Assembly: GCF_963921235.1 (NCBI RefSeq)
Contig: NC_086097.1
Coordinates: 66,776,001 to 66,840,000 of the forward strand
Direction of reading: 5' to 3'
DNA: 64,000 bases
DNA from: Mobula hypostoma
Taxonomy: Eukaryota
Made by a program: the position numbers and the translations under genes. The notes under the pieces were generated by a model, which ran no database searches, had not been told where the DNA came from, and was given only the letters and a program-made list of their open reading frames with translations. Shown here one piece after another: positions 10,886 to 22,732 of this stretch (position 1 is its first letter; the number at the start of each line of letters is the position of its first letter).

Positions 10886-13800
10886 GAGCCCAGCACATAA
10901 GTGCAATTGCAGCACCTCTACGTCCTAAGGAGTTTACACAGTCTGAGCATGACATTGAAAACTTTGACAAACTTCTATGGATGTGTGGTACAGAGTATGT
11001 CAACTGGCTGCATCACAGCCTGGTATGGGAACACCAATGTCCTTGAATGGAAAATCCTACAAAAAGTAGTATATACGGCCCAGTCCATCACAAGTAAAGC
11101 CCTCCCAAACATTGAGCACATCTACAGGAAAAGAGCATCCATCATCAGGGACCCCCACCACCCAGGGCATGCTCTTTTCTAACTACTGCCATCAGGAAGG
11201 AGATATAGGAGCCTCAGGACTCACAAAACCAAGTTCAGGAACAGTTATTACCCCTCAACCATCAGTCTCTTGAACCAGAGAGGATAACTGCACTCAACTT
11301 CACTCGTCCCATCACTGAACTGTTGCCATGACGTATGGCCTCACTTTCACAGACTCTTCATCTTATGCTCTCAATATTTACTATTTAGTTAGTTAGTTAT
11401 TATTTCCTTTTTCTCTTTCTTTTTCTATTTGCACAGTTTGTTGTCTATTGCACACTGGTTGTCCACTCTATTGATGCAGTCTTTTGTTGATTCTATGATG
11501 GTTAGATTATGAGAACACTCAGTCCTCTTTTATTGTCATTTAGAAATGCATACATGCATTAAGAAATGATACAATGTTTCTCCGGAGTGATATCACAGAA
11601 AAACAAGACAGCACACTGACAGAACCACATAATTATAACACTTATTGGGTTTATTGAGTATGCCCGTAAGAAAATGAATCTCAGGGTTTTACGAGAATGG
11701 TGACATATATGTACTTTAATAATAAATTTACTTTGAACTCAAGGGAAGCTCCAGGTATGATTCTGACTAACTAATGCTATCTGATCCTTTACTTTCCTCC
11801 TTCAGATCACCAGTTAATCCTTCAAATGCAAAGAAACACAAACCTGTCTGTGCAACATGTCTTTAATTTTTTTCTGTTAGTGATCAGTTTGTATTGTCCT
11901 CAGTGTTTATGAATAAAATTTAACATTCTAAGTGACTATATTGTTATAATTATCAACAAATACTTGCTTTAAGTGTTTATACCCTTTGATTTATCATAGC
12001 AAAGAGTGAATTTCAAGGTTCATGTGACAGTCTATTAAAAGTAATTGCAAATTGTTCAGTTTCCTTCAGATGTAAAAGCAATTTCTGCTCATTATTTTTA
12101 TCTCAGAGTGCCAGCTTTCGCTGATGTGAAGTCCCATGGGAGCTCATTCAGTTTAGGGTGAAATCCAAGGACATTGAGAAAATGCTCAGAACCAGTCAGG
12201 AATCAAGTAAAGTGCTTAAAAATTTGTCAATACTGCTGCCCAACCAGATAACATAGTTGAGCATAATTCAATGCACTACAGGATAGGTTTTCAGGAAATT
12301 GTAGGGCAAACAGGAAACTTTAGAAGGACATGTATATGACTGGGCAAGGTAACAGAAGATGCTGGGAGAATGTGGGCGTGGCTTGCAAATTAAATTCAAC
12401 GAGGGAATTTAGTGATCCAAGTCGAGAAGACATTCAAACCTAGCCTGTATACCAAAAAGTAATTTTTTAAAGTCATGGGAACGGGATCGCATTCTGAAGT
12501 TTAGAATATGAAAATAAATTATAGGGGCCTAATGATTTGAAAAGCATTCCAGTGAGAAAAGATTAAATTCAAATACAAAATAATGTCAAACAGTGGATTC
12601 CAGTTCCATTGTAATGCTCAAATTACACAGAATAATGAAGTGAAATAAGCTATTCAGACTAACATCATAAACTTTGTAGGTAATATTAACTGAATCCAGC
12701 ATTTACAAATATCTTGATAACAAGAAATGTAGCACTTCAAAACAAAGTAGCTTAGCAACAATTTCTTATGGACAATTCAGGACAGCTGCTTTTTCAGTAT
12801 TTACTTTACTTCTAAGATCAATTTTACAAGGCTTTCCTTAAAAATTTGTGACATTAGTGATTTTATAATCAAAAATGATCATTCATAAATCAAGAGACTT
12901 TGGGAAGGTTATGATAACCAATCCTCTTGGGAGAGAACCAAAGAGGTTCTGGAGATCTGAAAATCTTCAATCTCATTACATTTTTTCTTACCATACAAAT
13001 AAAAGAAATCCTTATTTGTCCTTGTGTTCATAGGCTACTAACAGGCACTTGGCCATGATCATTGGCAGCTTTCTCTCTATTTCGTTGTACCAAAATATCT
13101 TAAAGAATTTGCAGTACTTCCTCGGATAACACCCTCCCACCTCCATGAAGTCTCATTGAACAACAGCTCGCATGGATCATATTAGTGATACACATCTGCA
13201 TGAAGCACCTTCTTCACTGGATTACCTTCACTCTCCCATCCACAGACCTTACTCCACATGCCCCTGCACCCCACCACAACCCATCCTCCTAATCACTTCC
13301 AGGCCCAGCCATATGAGTTAAAGCAACCGCCACCCCGACCCCAGAATTCCTGAGTGTTTACAACAGAAGCGGTTGGTCAAACAGACTGGACAGTTTCATT
13401 GCACAATGAGTATATGAGTCAGACCAGAATACATTGATTCCTCATGCTTTCCAGTTAGTGGCTTGTTCTTGTAGGTCACCACCAATTCAAGCAGCTGCAT
13501 CTTTGTAATCAGAGTTTACTCAAAACGTGACTCATACTTCAACATAAATTACCTTTCATGGGTCAAGAAAGATGAGTTTTTCCATCCTAACAGGCACTGT
13601 ATGGCTTGCTTACTTACTGAAATTGTTTGAATTGTTGAAGTGTCAGTGGTATATTGGCCTGAAGTTAAATAATCAATGTGAAGCTTCTCATTATCTGGGA
13701 AACACTATTCAAAATTAATTAAACATTTAACATAACGTGAGTTGCAACTGACCACAGCCGGTATAGAAAAAGCAACTAAAATACCCTAAGACCAATTTGA

Positions 13801-15064
13801 TCTAATGAGACACCCACATATTTGTTACAGATTATTTTCTGCTAAAAAGCTGTTAAACATTAAATTTTAAGTGAAATTTGCGTTCAAATTTAGAAACAGT
13901 TCACTTGCAAATTATTTTCTAAAGCCAATTTATTCTCTTCCAGTTGCATTTATGACACCAGCAGAAAGAGGAAGTGTGATTATGGTTTTCACAGCGTTGC
14001 TATTTTAAACAAATTTGTTATTCAGTTTTCAATACACAGTTATATTTGTATGTGTATATTTTCAAAGCTCCAAGACTGAGAAAACTAAGGTTTCAACAGC
14101 AATTTCAAACTTACCGTATTTTGAATAAATTAAAGGTACAATCATCAATTGCTATCAAAAGGTTTATATTTTGCTGCAGAGACAGCATCATAGAGCCACA
14201 GAATACAGACAGTTTGCATAGAAAGTATCATTAATTTATCAACCTGGATTATTTTACTGAAATACTTAAAATGAATACTGAAAGATTAAATATAAATCAA
14301 TTAAAGTTAAGCTTTATATTTGCCCACACAGGCAAATGGTGTTGAGTATAAAGGATTTGCTTGAAATATTTAGTAATTACACATTCCTGATCAAGTTGAT
14401 AGTCAAATAATTGCATAATTAATACATCATACAATGGAGTTTCTCCTGATTCTCGGGGTGTGATTGTCAAGGGAGCTTTGATCCTTTTGCAAATACCACT
14501 TGGCCCTACACCTAGTTGTGAACAAATTGTGCAGAAAACAAGAGGTGAGTACATATTGCAAAATCAGGCAGAAGTTATGGCACTGCAGATGGTCATTGCA
14601 GCAATCGAGTACATACTGGCCCTGTGTGAGATGTGTTGTTGTGCCCACCCATCTCCTGAGTACTAATTCTTTTCTTTAAGGTGAAAAACAGAATGTAGAA
14701 AAAGATAAATTAATGCTGCATTGATATGATTTATTTTCTTTGATACTTTTTGTATGGAGACAGCTTTTGTACCCCATTGTACAAAAGCAATTATGTTTTT
14801 GCAGGCACTATAATGAACTTGCAATCATTTTTATGCCTTTATATTCAGTCCTTAGCAATGACAAAGTACAGATTGAAAACATGTTTGTGGTTTTGCTCGA
14901 AATCTGTTTATGCTACACAGATCAACTTACATAATACATTGATGTGTGCTGTGCAGATAAGTGGGCTTAATTTTGTACATTTTGACATGGTACTAATTGC
15001 ATACTGTTCTGTGATAATGAGACATGTTGAGAACTTGCTATAATGAATGACAAGTATTAGCTTG

Positions 15065-15650
15065 TGTGTTCCCTGAAAGTGGCATCACAGGTAACCAAGT
15101 GATGAAGAAGGCACGTTAGCCTTCATCAGAAAGGACAGTGAGTACAGAAGTTGGGAAGTTATGTAGCACTTGACTTTGGTGAGGCTGCCCTTGGAATATT
15201 ATGTTGTAGGAAAGATGCTACAAAGTGAAAAGAGTGCAGTGGAGATTTGCAAGGATGTTGCCAGGACTCAAGGGACGAGTTATGCAGAGAGGCTGCGTAG
15301 TCTGGGTCTTAATTCATCAGTGTGTAGGGGAATGAGGGATGTATTACAGAGGTGTACAAAACCATGAAGGGCATAGTGAAGGCAATGAATGTGCAGTCTT
15401 TTTCCCAGGGTTGGGGAATCAAGAACTAGAGGGTATAGGTTCAGGGTGAGAGGGGAGAGATTTAATTGGCAATATTTTCACCCAGAGGATAGTCCATAAA
15501 TGAAGTAGCTGAGACAGGTGCATTAACAACATTTAAAAGCCACTTCAACAGGTACAGAGGAAAGATTTAGATGGACATGGGCAAAGTACAAGCAAATGTG
15601 AATCTTGGTTAGCATGGCCGAGTTGGGCCAAAAGATTCATGTTATATAGA
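15065..15650 (+). mobile_element. Old CR1 3' fragment
   Basis: Decayed TLVRLPLEY and ERLRSLGL motifs, SRTRGYRFRVRGERF, and a CR1-type 3' UTR. Confidence 0.75.
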
Positions 15651-16469
15651 TTCATGACTTGCATTGCTTTCAAGAGATACAATGGACTAGAAAATAGAAC
15701 AGTGCAGTCACTGCTTGGAGAAAGAGAAGTGGGAGAGAGAGGAGTGAGGGAGGATTCATTTTCCGAGAGTGTCAAGAGCAGATGGAAGTAGTAGGCTTGA
15801 AGTAGTCTGTTTGGATTGTAGGAAGGTGTTTGTAAATATTCAACACAGCAAATTGATTAAAACATATGATGCCCTTGGTTTTTAAGAGTAAGTGGCAAGC
15901 TGGGTCCAAAAGTGGGTCAGTGACAGAACAAAAAGGCAATGATCAACTCAAATTTGGTTATTTGCTATGACTTTCTGCAGAACTTAATGCCAGGTTGCTT
16001 GTTTTTTTTTAAATCAATGATTTAAAATTCAATGCAGGTGGGGAAATTTGCGGATCATCTCAAAATTGTAATAGTGTCTGAATTTACTTTAATTATGCCC
16101 TTCACGATTTTATACACCTCTGCAAAGTCATCTGGTTTAAGATTTGTCAGTAGAGCTGTATATGTGAAATAAATGCAGTGTCTCAGACTGCTGCATGTCG
16201 ACATTCATTGTAACCTCCTGTGAGACTTGATTAAATCCTTACTCATACCTACCTTAAAACAAAATGAGTTGGGGTCACAGTTTCCAAAACGTTCACCCAC
16301 TGTCAGGTCTGTCACCTGGCCTGGCTCGTTTTCCAAAACTAGATCCAATATGTTCTCTTCTCTGGACTCTCCACCTACCATTTCAAAAACCCTACTTGGT
16401 TGCTCTGAAGAAACTCCGCCCCCCCCCCCACCATCTAAGCTCCACACAATACTGAACGAGGCTCAAGAT

Positions 16470-18110
16470 GGTGCCAGCTACATCTTCCATTGCGATCACA
16501 GCTCAGTTGTAGTTGTATTTTGAGGGGGGTCTGTGTTCGTGGGGATGGTTTTGGGGTCAGAGGGGTCAGAGGAGTCAGGTTAGAGTTTTAAGGACAGGGA
16601 TGTGGGGGAGCTAGAGGACAGACCAGAGTATTAAGTCTTAAGATTTGACTGCATGTTCAAAGGACAGTGACATGGACATGGAACATCGTGAATCGAGCCT
16701 GGATGTCTGGCTGACAGACCAACATGGATGAAGGCTGGTGGCTATCCCAGGGTCAGCAAATTGTTGGCAGTTCGAGTTCCATGTGGACAGGAGGAATGAA
16801 GTCCGATGGCCCCTTGGGCCAATGAGACAGAAGTTCAAGGCCTAGTGTTCAAGGATCCTGTCATCAGAGGGTCCAGAGTTTGAAACCTAGTGTTTGCAGT
16901 CCCATTATTGGCGGGTCTGGAGTTCGAAGCCTGGCGTTTGGGGCCCTATCACTGGCGGGTCTGGAGTTCGAAGCCTGGTGTTCATGGTCCTGTCATCGGT
17001 GGGCTCAGAGTTCGAAGCCTTGTATCTGGAGTCCCATCATTGGCAGGTCTGGAGTTTGAAGCCTGGTGTTCGGGGTCCAATCATCCATGGGTCCAGAGTT
17101 CAAAACTTGGGATTCCAGGTCGTGTTATTGGCAGGTATGGAGTTCAAACCCTGGTGTTCAGGGTCCCATCATCAGTGGGTCTGGAGTATGAGGCCTGGTG
17201 TTTGCAGTGCAATCATCAGTTGGTCTGGAGTTCAAGGCCCAGTATTTGGGGTCCAGTCATCAGTGGGTCAGGAGTTTAAGGCCTGGTGTTCGGGGTCCAG
17301 TCATCAGTGGGTCTGGAGTTCAAGGCCTGGTTTTCAGTGTCCTGTCATCAGCAGGCCTGGAGTTCAAGGCCTGGTGTTCAGGGTCCCGTCATCAGTAGGG
17401 CTGGTGTTCAGGGTCCCGTCATCAGCAGGTCTGGAGTTCAAGGCCTGGTGTTCAATGTTCTGTCATCAGTGGGTCTGAAGTTCAAGGCCTGATGTTCAGG
17501 GTTCCATCATCGTCAGGTCCGGAGTTTGAGGCCTGGTATTTAGGATGCAATCATCAGTGGGTCCGGAGTTTGAAGCCTGGTGTTCAGGGTCCCATCATTG
17601 GCAGGTATGGAGTTTGAAGCCTGGTGTTTGGTGTCCTATTATTGGTGGTTCTGGAGTTCAAGGCCTGGTGCTGCTGATCAGCGGGTCTGGGGTCAATGCC
17701 CAAGGTTCAAATTAGAATTACGGAGGTCAGGGCCCATTGACTGGAACCTTGGGTCTGCAAATCTCTCCGAGTACATTGGGGCAGTTGAGTGCCCAAAATC
17801 TGCATGTCTCTGTCCAAATCCAGATCTGAAACTAGGTCCACTGGAGGCTAGAGGCCAAAGAATTTGGTTTTCTTGGGGTAGGAGAACTCTAAACATCTAT
17901 GGGTGGAAGGAAAGAACGGAGGCTTGTTTTGCTGTTATCTTGTTGCTTGTCGTCTTCTATGTTGCTCTGCCAAGCATTTTGGGAATGCTATGTTGGAGTC
18001 AGAATGTGTGGCAACACTTGCAGGCTGACCTTATCACACCCTTGGGTGTGTTGGTTGTTAACAGCAACGACACTTTTCACTGTACGTTCCAATGTACATG
18101 TAACATCTGT
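16470..18110 (+). mobile_element. Putative non-autonomous retroposon with internal VNTR
   Basis: Starts near CAAGATGGTGCC (LINE-like 5' motif), has a central 44-bp array, and ends with a LINE-like 3' tail (TTTCACTGTACGTTCCAATGTACATGT). No TSD found. Confidence 0.45.
16828..17672 (+). repeat. 44-bp minisatellite, ~19 units
   Basis: Consensus GGTCTGGAGTTCAAGGCCTGGTGTTCAGGGTCCCGTCATCAGTG; unit starts at 16914 and 16958 are 44 bp apart; one shortened unit near 17400. Confidence 0.92.
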
Positions 18111-18260
18111 GTAGTGCTTGTCTTATCTCATGTGACTGGTTGCCACACTCTTTATGAGAAAATCTACTTACATAGTACTACACTAGGTGCTGGTAGGCCA
18201 TCAGAAGCACTAGGTATCAAAAGGAGGCAGTGAATAGAAAACACACACTTCTAGAGGCAA

Positions 18261-18392
18261 ACAACAGGAATTCTGCAGATGCTGGAAATTCAAGCAACAT
18301 ACATCAAAGTTGCTGGTGAACGCAGCAGGCCAAGCAGCATCTGTAGGAAGAGGTGCAGTCGACGTTTCAGGCCGAGACCCTTCGTCAGGAAG
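18261..18392 (-). mobile_element. Penelope-derived short repeat (pLTR-like) with 14-bp TSD
   Basis: Matches the region downstream of the GIY-YIG fragment (40019-40113). Flanked by ACTTCTAGAGGCAA at 18247-18260 and 18393-18406. Confidence 0.85.
18357..18390 (-). ncRNA. Minimal hammerhead ribozyme motif, stem I 5' arm truncated
   Basis: Minus strand reads TC-CTGACGA-AGGGTCTCGGCCT-GAAACGTC-GACT. Confidence 0.7.
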
Positions 18393-20289
18393 ACTTCTAG
18401 AGGCAAGTTTGTTTATAAAAATAGCAAGATATTCAAAATATTTGCATGAGTAAGAAAATTCAAAATTCCAACATTCTGTCTTAGGTTCAAAATCTCAGAT
18501 ATCAAACAAAAACCAAATTCCTGTTTCGTTAGAATCAGTAAGGTTCATTAGAATAACCTTTATTACTCTAATTTCTCTAACTAATTAGATCGTGTTATTC
18601 CCTATTTAAAGGTTTACAGACTAACCTTTTCTTTTTATTTATCCCTAGTCAGTATGTCTACAAATTCATATTCAACCCTGCTAAGTAAATAAATATATCA
18701 AATTCATATCCTTTGAAAGAAAAATAAACTGACACATCCAGCCATATTAAATCCCCTGCATCATGAAACATTTGTTCCCACGCTGGTTCTTCGATCTTGG
18801 GTGGCTCACCATCTCTTTTTTTGGTTCGTTGGATGAAATAGTGAGTCATCCATGGAAGGTCCATTCACAAAACTTATATAAAAAAATGACCAAATCCCTT
18901 GGCATGATTTAACAGAACTAATTCCCGGTTACATGGTAGAGATCTTGGACACTCGTGTCTGCCAATATTGTCTCGCTATAGCTGCTGCCTGTTATAGCCA
19001 AAGCTTCAATAAGCCTTTCACCGCTATCGCCTCTCTTCCAGGAGTTTTACCCTGAGATTTTCAAGTAAGTAGGATAGGGATACTCACTACTAATCCCATT
19101 TTTAACAGTTTATATCTTTAGTTCCCAATAGTTTGCTGCATTTCTCTCACTTGTCTGCACCTGCATCAGCCATGCCTCATTCTCACAGAGCACTTTATTT
19201 ACAAGTTCTCTTTTTTAAAAAAAAATTGGTAAACCTCGTTTTCATCCCTCCACAGGCGGAGCATTCAAACATTGCATCTTTGGGTTAATTAACCTGGGTT
19301 ATGTACACATAATCAGTGAACCTGAATTTTGAATCTTGCATCTTGAAAGTGAAGTCCCCCACTGTGACAACCCTGTTGCTTCTTCACTTTTCTATAATTT
19401 GTCTACAATCAGACTAAACCCTGACAAACCACCAGCTGGCATCTGCTAATTAATCAAATATTGTATCTGAGACTTCGAACTATTCATTATTGGAGAACTT
19501 AAGTCTACAGAATGATATCTGACATTGCAGATGGACATGTAGAGACCCTCACAATTACACAAAAACAAACCTTTTAGAAAGAGTTCAATAGACTGATTCG
19601 GTACGTGACCACAAGACAATCCTTTTAACTTCCAAGAAGACAATGTGGAACATGGAACTTTGTTTAGATTTCTGCTCCAGTCAGACATCTGCAGTTTAAA
19701 AATAAATCAAGTATCTCCACACTCATTCTCGCAATCATGGAGTGCTAACTGTAACCATGGCAATTCCCGAACACTGCTTCAGTTTCCTGAGAATCAGCAG
19801 TTGGGGGAAAACTGATGCCACATAGTTCAAATTTACAAATTTCACAGCAGATACAATATGCACAGCATCTTCTTATTGGGTTAAATGCTATTAAATCAAC
19901 ACACATAGACAGGTAATCCTTCATCACTTCCCATTTGATGAACACAAGCTCGGTGATGGACAGAAGATCACAAAGGTCATTTTCAACTCTCTCCAGTCTC
20001 TACCAGGCAATGATGTGAAAGAGTGGTGTGCCCACCAATTATCACCACATTTCAGTGGATTGAAGAATGAGCCAAGTTCTATTGCAGTTGGTGCTCTGCT
20101 ACATGATACTGCTCTCCTGAAAATGATGTTGAAAATTACACTTTATTCATCTCTGCTAACATAACAACATGTAACCAAAACAGCACAATATTCCATACAG
20201 ATCTTACATATTCTACATCAAGTAAATACAATATCTATTCCCTCCAAAGCTAATGTTATTTATTCACTGATTAACTTGTGCAGGTGAAA

Positions 20290-21540
20290 TGCAATCACCT
20301 GCCACTTCTTTGCCCATTCTTCTAATTTGTCTAACTCCTTCTGTAGCCCACTCTTCTTTGCCAAAGCTACCCACCCTTCCACCTATCTTTGTATCATCCA
20401 CAGACTTGACTACAAAGCCATCAATTAATTGACATATAACGTAAAAAGAAAAGATCCCAACAGCAAGCCCTGCTGAAGACCACCAGCCACCGGCAGCCAA
20501 CCAGAAAAGGTTCTCTTTTTACCACTCTTTGCCTCCTACCAATCAGCTAATGCTCTTAATCACGCTAGTAACTTTTCCTGTAATATCATGGGCTCTCAAC
20601 CTGTTAAGCACCTTGTCAAGGGCCTTCTAAAAATCCAAGTACACAACATCAATCAAATCTCCTTTGTCTACTTTGCTTGTTATTTCTTCCAAAGAATTCC
20701 AACAGGTTTGTCAGGCAAGATTTTCCCTTAAGAAAACCATGCTGACTATGGCCTATTTGATCATGTGCCTCCAAGTATCCCACAACCACATCTTTAACAA
20801 TCAACTCCAACATCCTCTCAGTCGCTGGGATCAGACTAATTGGCCTAAAATTTCCTTTCTTCTGTCTCTCTCCCTTCTTGAAGAGTGGAGTGACATTTGC
20901 AATTCTCCAATCCCACAGAACCATGGCAGAAACTTTTGATTTTTGAAAGATCATTACTAAAGCCTCCACAACCTCTTCAGCCACCTCTTTCAGAACCATG
21001 GGCTGTACACCGTCTGGTCCAGGTGACTGATCCACTTTCAGACATTTCAGTTTCTCCCTAGTAATGGCAATTTCACACACTTCTGTCCCATGACACTCTC
21101 GAATTTCCACCATACTGCTAGTGTCTTCCTCAGTAAAGATTGATGCGAAATATTTATTCAATTTATCCACCATTTCATTGTCACACATTACTACCTCTCC
21201 AGCATCATTTTCCAATGGTTCGATATCTGCTTTCGCCTCTTTTAAACTTTATGTATCTGAAGAAATTTTTGATATCCCCTTTAATATTATTGGCTAGCTT
21301 ACCTTCATATTCCATTTTTTCTTTCTTTTTAACTTTAGTTGCCTTCTGTTGCCTTTTAAAAGCTTCCCAATCCTCCAGCTTCCTATTATTTTTTGCTGTA
21401 CTATATGCCCTTTCTTTGCCCTTTGTGTTGGCTTTGACTTCCCTTGTCAGCCACGGTCATATCATCCTGCCTTTAGAAAACTTCTTCTTTGGGATGTATC
21501 TTTCAGCGCCTTCTGAATTGCTCCCAGAAACTCCAGGTTC
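20290..21540 (-). mobile_element. CR1 RT fragment, decayed
   Basis: ORF 20649..21215 contains SPGPDG, WRIANVTPLFKKG and SQHGFLKGKSCLTNLLEFF. Confidence 0.9.
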
Positions 21541-22599
21541 TTGATTCATAGGGGTATTAGGGGTTAAGGGAAAAAGTTAAGAGAATGGGGTTGAAAAAGA
21601 ACATTATTGAATAATGGGGCAGACTCGATGGGCTGAATGGCCTGATTCTTCTCCTGAGTCATATGGTCTTATCTCCAGTTCTGAGCAGCTGAATTATACT
21701 AATCAGCCATGCCAAATAATACAAGTAGCAAAAAGGACAAAATTTACAATACTCTAATCAACACAGATTGCAAATATAAAGTAAAACGCTCTTTAAAAAG
21801 AAGCACACAAGACATGGGGCTAGTTCAGACATGAATAACGTCCCATCTAAATGTAATGACCCACTTCAACACTTTGCAATTTTTAGGATTTTCAGCATGA
21901 ACAATTTATGATCTCTGCCTATTCATTACTCCAAAGTATTTTATCTACAGTGAATATGGGTGTAATTGCGAACATTTGAATAAAATAATAATATCTATTT
22001 TGTCATTTTAAACTGAAGCCTTCACTGCATTTACAGGTACCACAATATATCGTTGAGGTACATTGTGGTGCCTGTGATGCAACTTTCCCATGGTATATTT
22101 CCTTTCATTCTGACAATAACTCAGTTGGACAATTTGATTTTGGAGGTCAAATAGGTGAAGAACAAATTGAACAGCAAGCTACCCAGGCCTTGGTAACTAA
22201 CAAGCAACAGTCTCCTTTGTTAGCCTAGTGGCATCAGGAAATTGTTAGTAGGCTGGAATGAAATGTCATGCAAAGTTTGAAAATAACATTCCTCAGCGTC
22301 CAGTTAATTGGTTCACAGTGCAGTAGTAGTGGGGGCAATAGTGGCCCAACAGGCAAGAAAGCTCTGCTTATCTGCAAAAAAAATCTACAAGCATAACCAG
22401 TGTCCTTTTCTATACAGTAAACAGTATGAGCAACAAAGGAACTTGTCAACAGCTTAGGTCAGACTGAGTGTGGAGAGGGAAGATGGCCAGAATAAAGATG
22501 AGACGAAGGGGCAAAAACACAGGGAAGAAGGGTTAACCTTAAAATGGAAAATTCAATGTTCATATCATTGCTAAGTAGAACATGAGTCTAGTTTGCACT

Positions 22600-22732
22600 G
22601 AAGGAGATGAGTTATTAACTTCAAACTTTCTGCATAATCACTCAGAGAGTTGAACTGCACGTGCATGTAACGAGAGCTGTATAACTCATCTCCTTCTCCC
22701 TTAAGCCACGAACTTATCAATCGTCCCTCGTA
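22600..22732. mobile_element. Mariner-type MITE fragment
   Basis: Ends ACTTATCAATCGTCCCTCG-TA (mariner TACGAGGG-type TIR). Internal inverted repeat GAAGGAGATGAGTTAT / ATAACTCATCTCCTTC. Confidence 0.65.

Larger units (their letters stand above)
1948..11739 (+). mobile_element. Rex1/Babar-type LINE 3' half, split into ~1948-2338, 8771-8977 and 10886-11739 by Gypsy and CR1 insertions
   Basis: ISLARHSTLDHLDSKDAYIRMLFVNYCSAF and GAPHGCVLSP precede the LTR. The GQIKG/GDE..Y..E RT sequence resumes after the 3' LTR. LTNFYGCVVQSMSTGCITAWYGN and SIIRDPHHPGHALF follow the CR1. Ends AATAAATTTACTTTGAACT. Confidence 0.8.

Noticed and set aside
14297..14666. Overlapping short ORFs in unique sequence
   Set aside because: No recognisable protein and no convincing splice acceptor.
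16890..17500. Repetitive ORFs in several frames; possible CRISPR-like array
   Set aside because: The ORFs are by-products of the 44-bp minisatellite; units are contiguous with no unique spacers and no cas genes.
18440..19360. Possible decayed retroviral-like coding sequence on the minus strand (MGLVVS start)
   Set aside because: Short frames with many stops; no LTR, PBS or catalytic motif that I can support.
19571..19688. Candidate minus-strand exon (CTGCAG|ATG...AAG|GT)
   Set aside because: The acceptor resembles a decayed Penelope-derived repeat end and the peptide is unrecognised.
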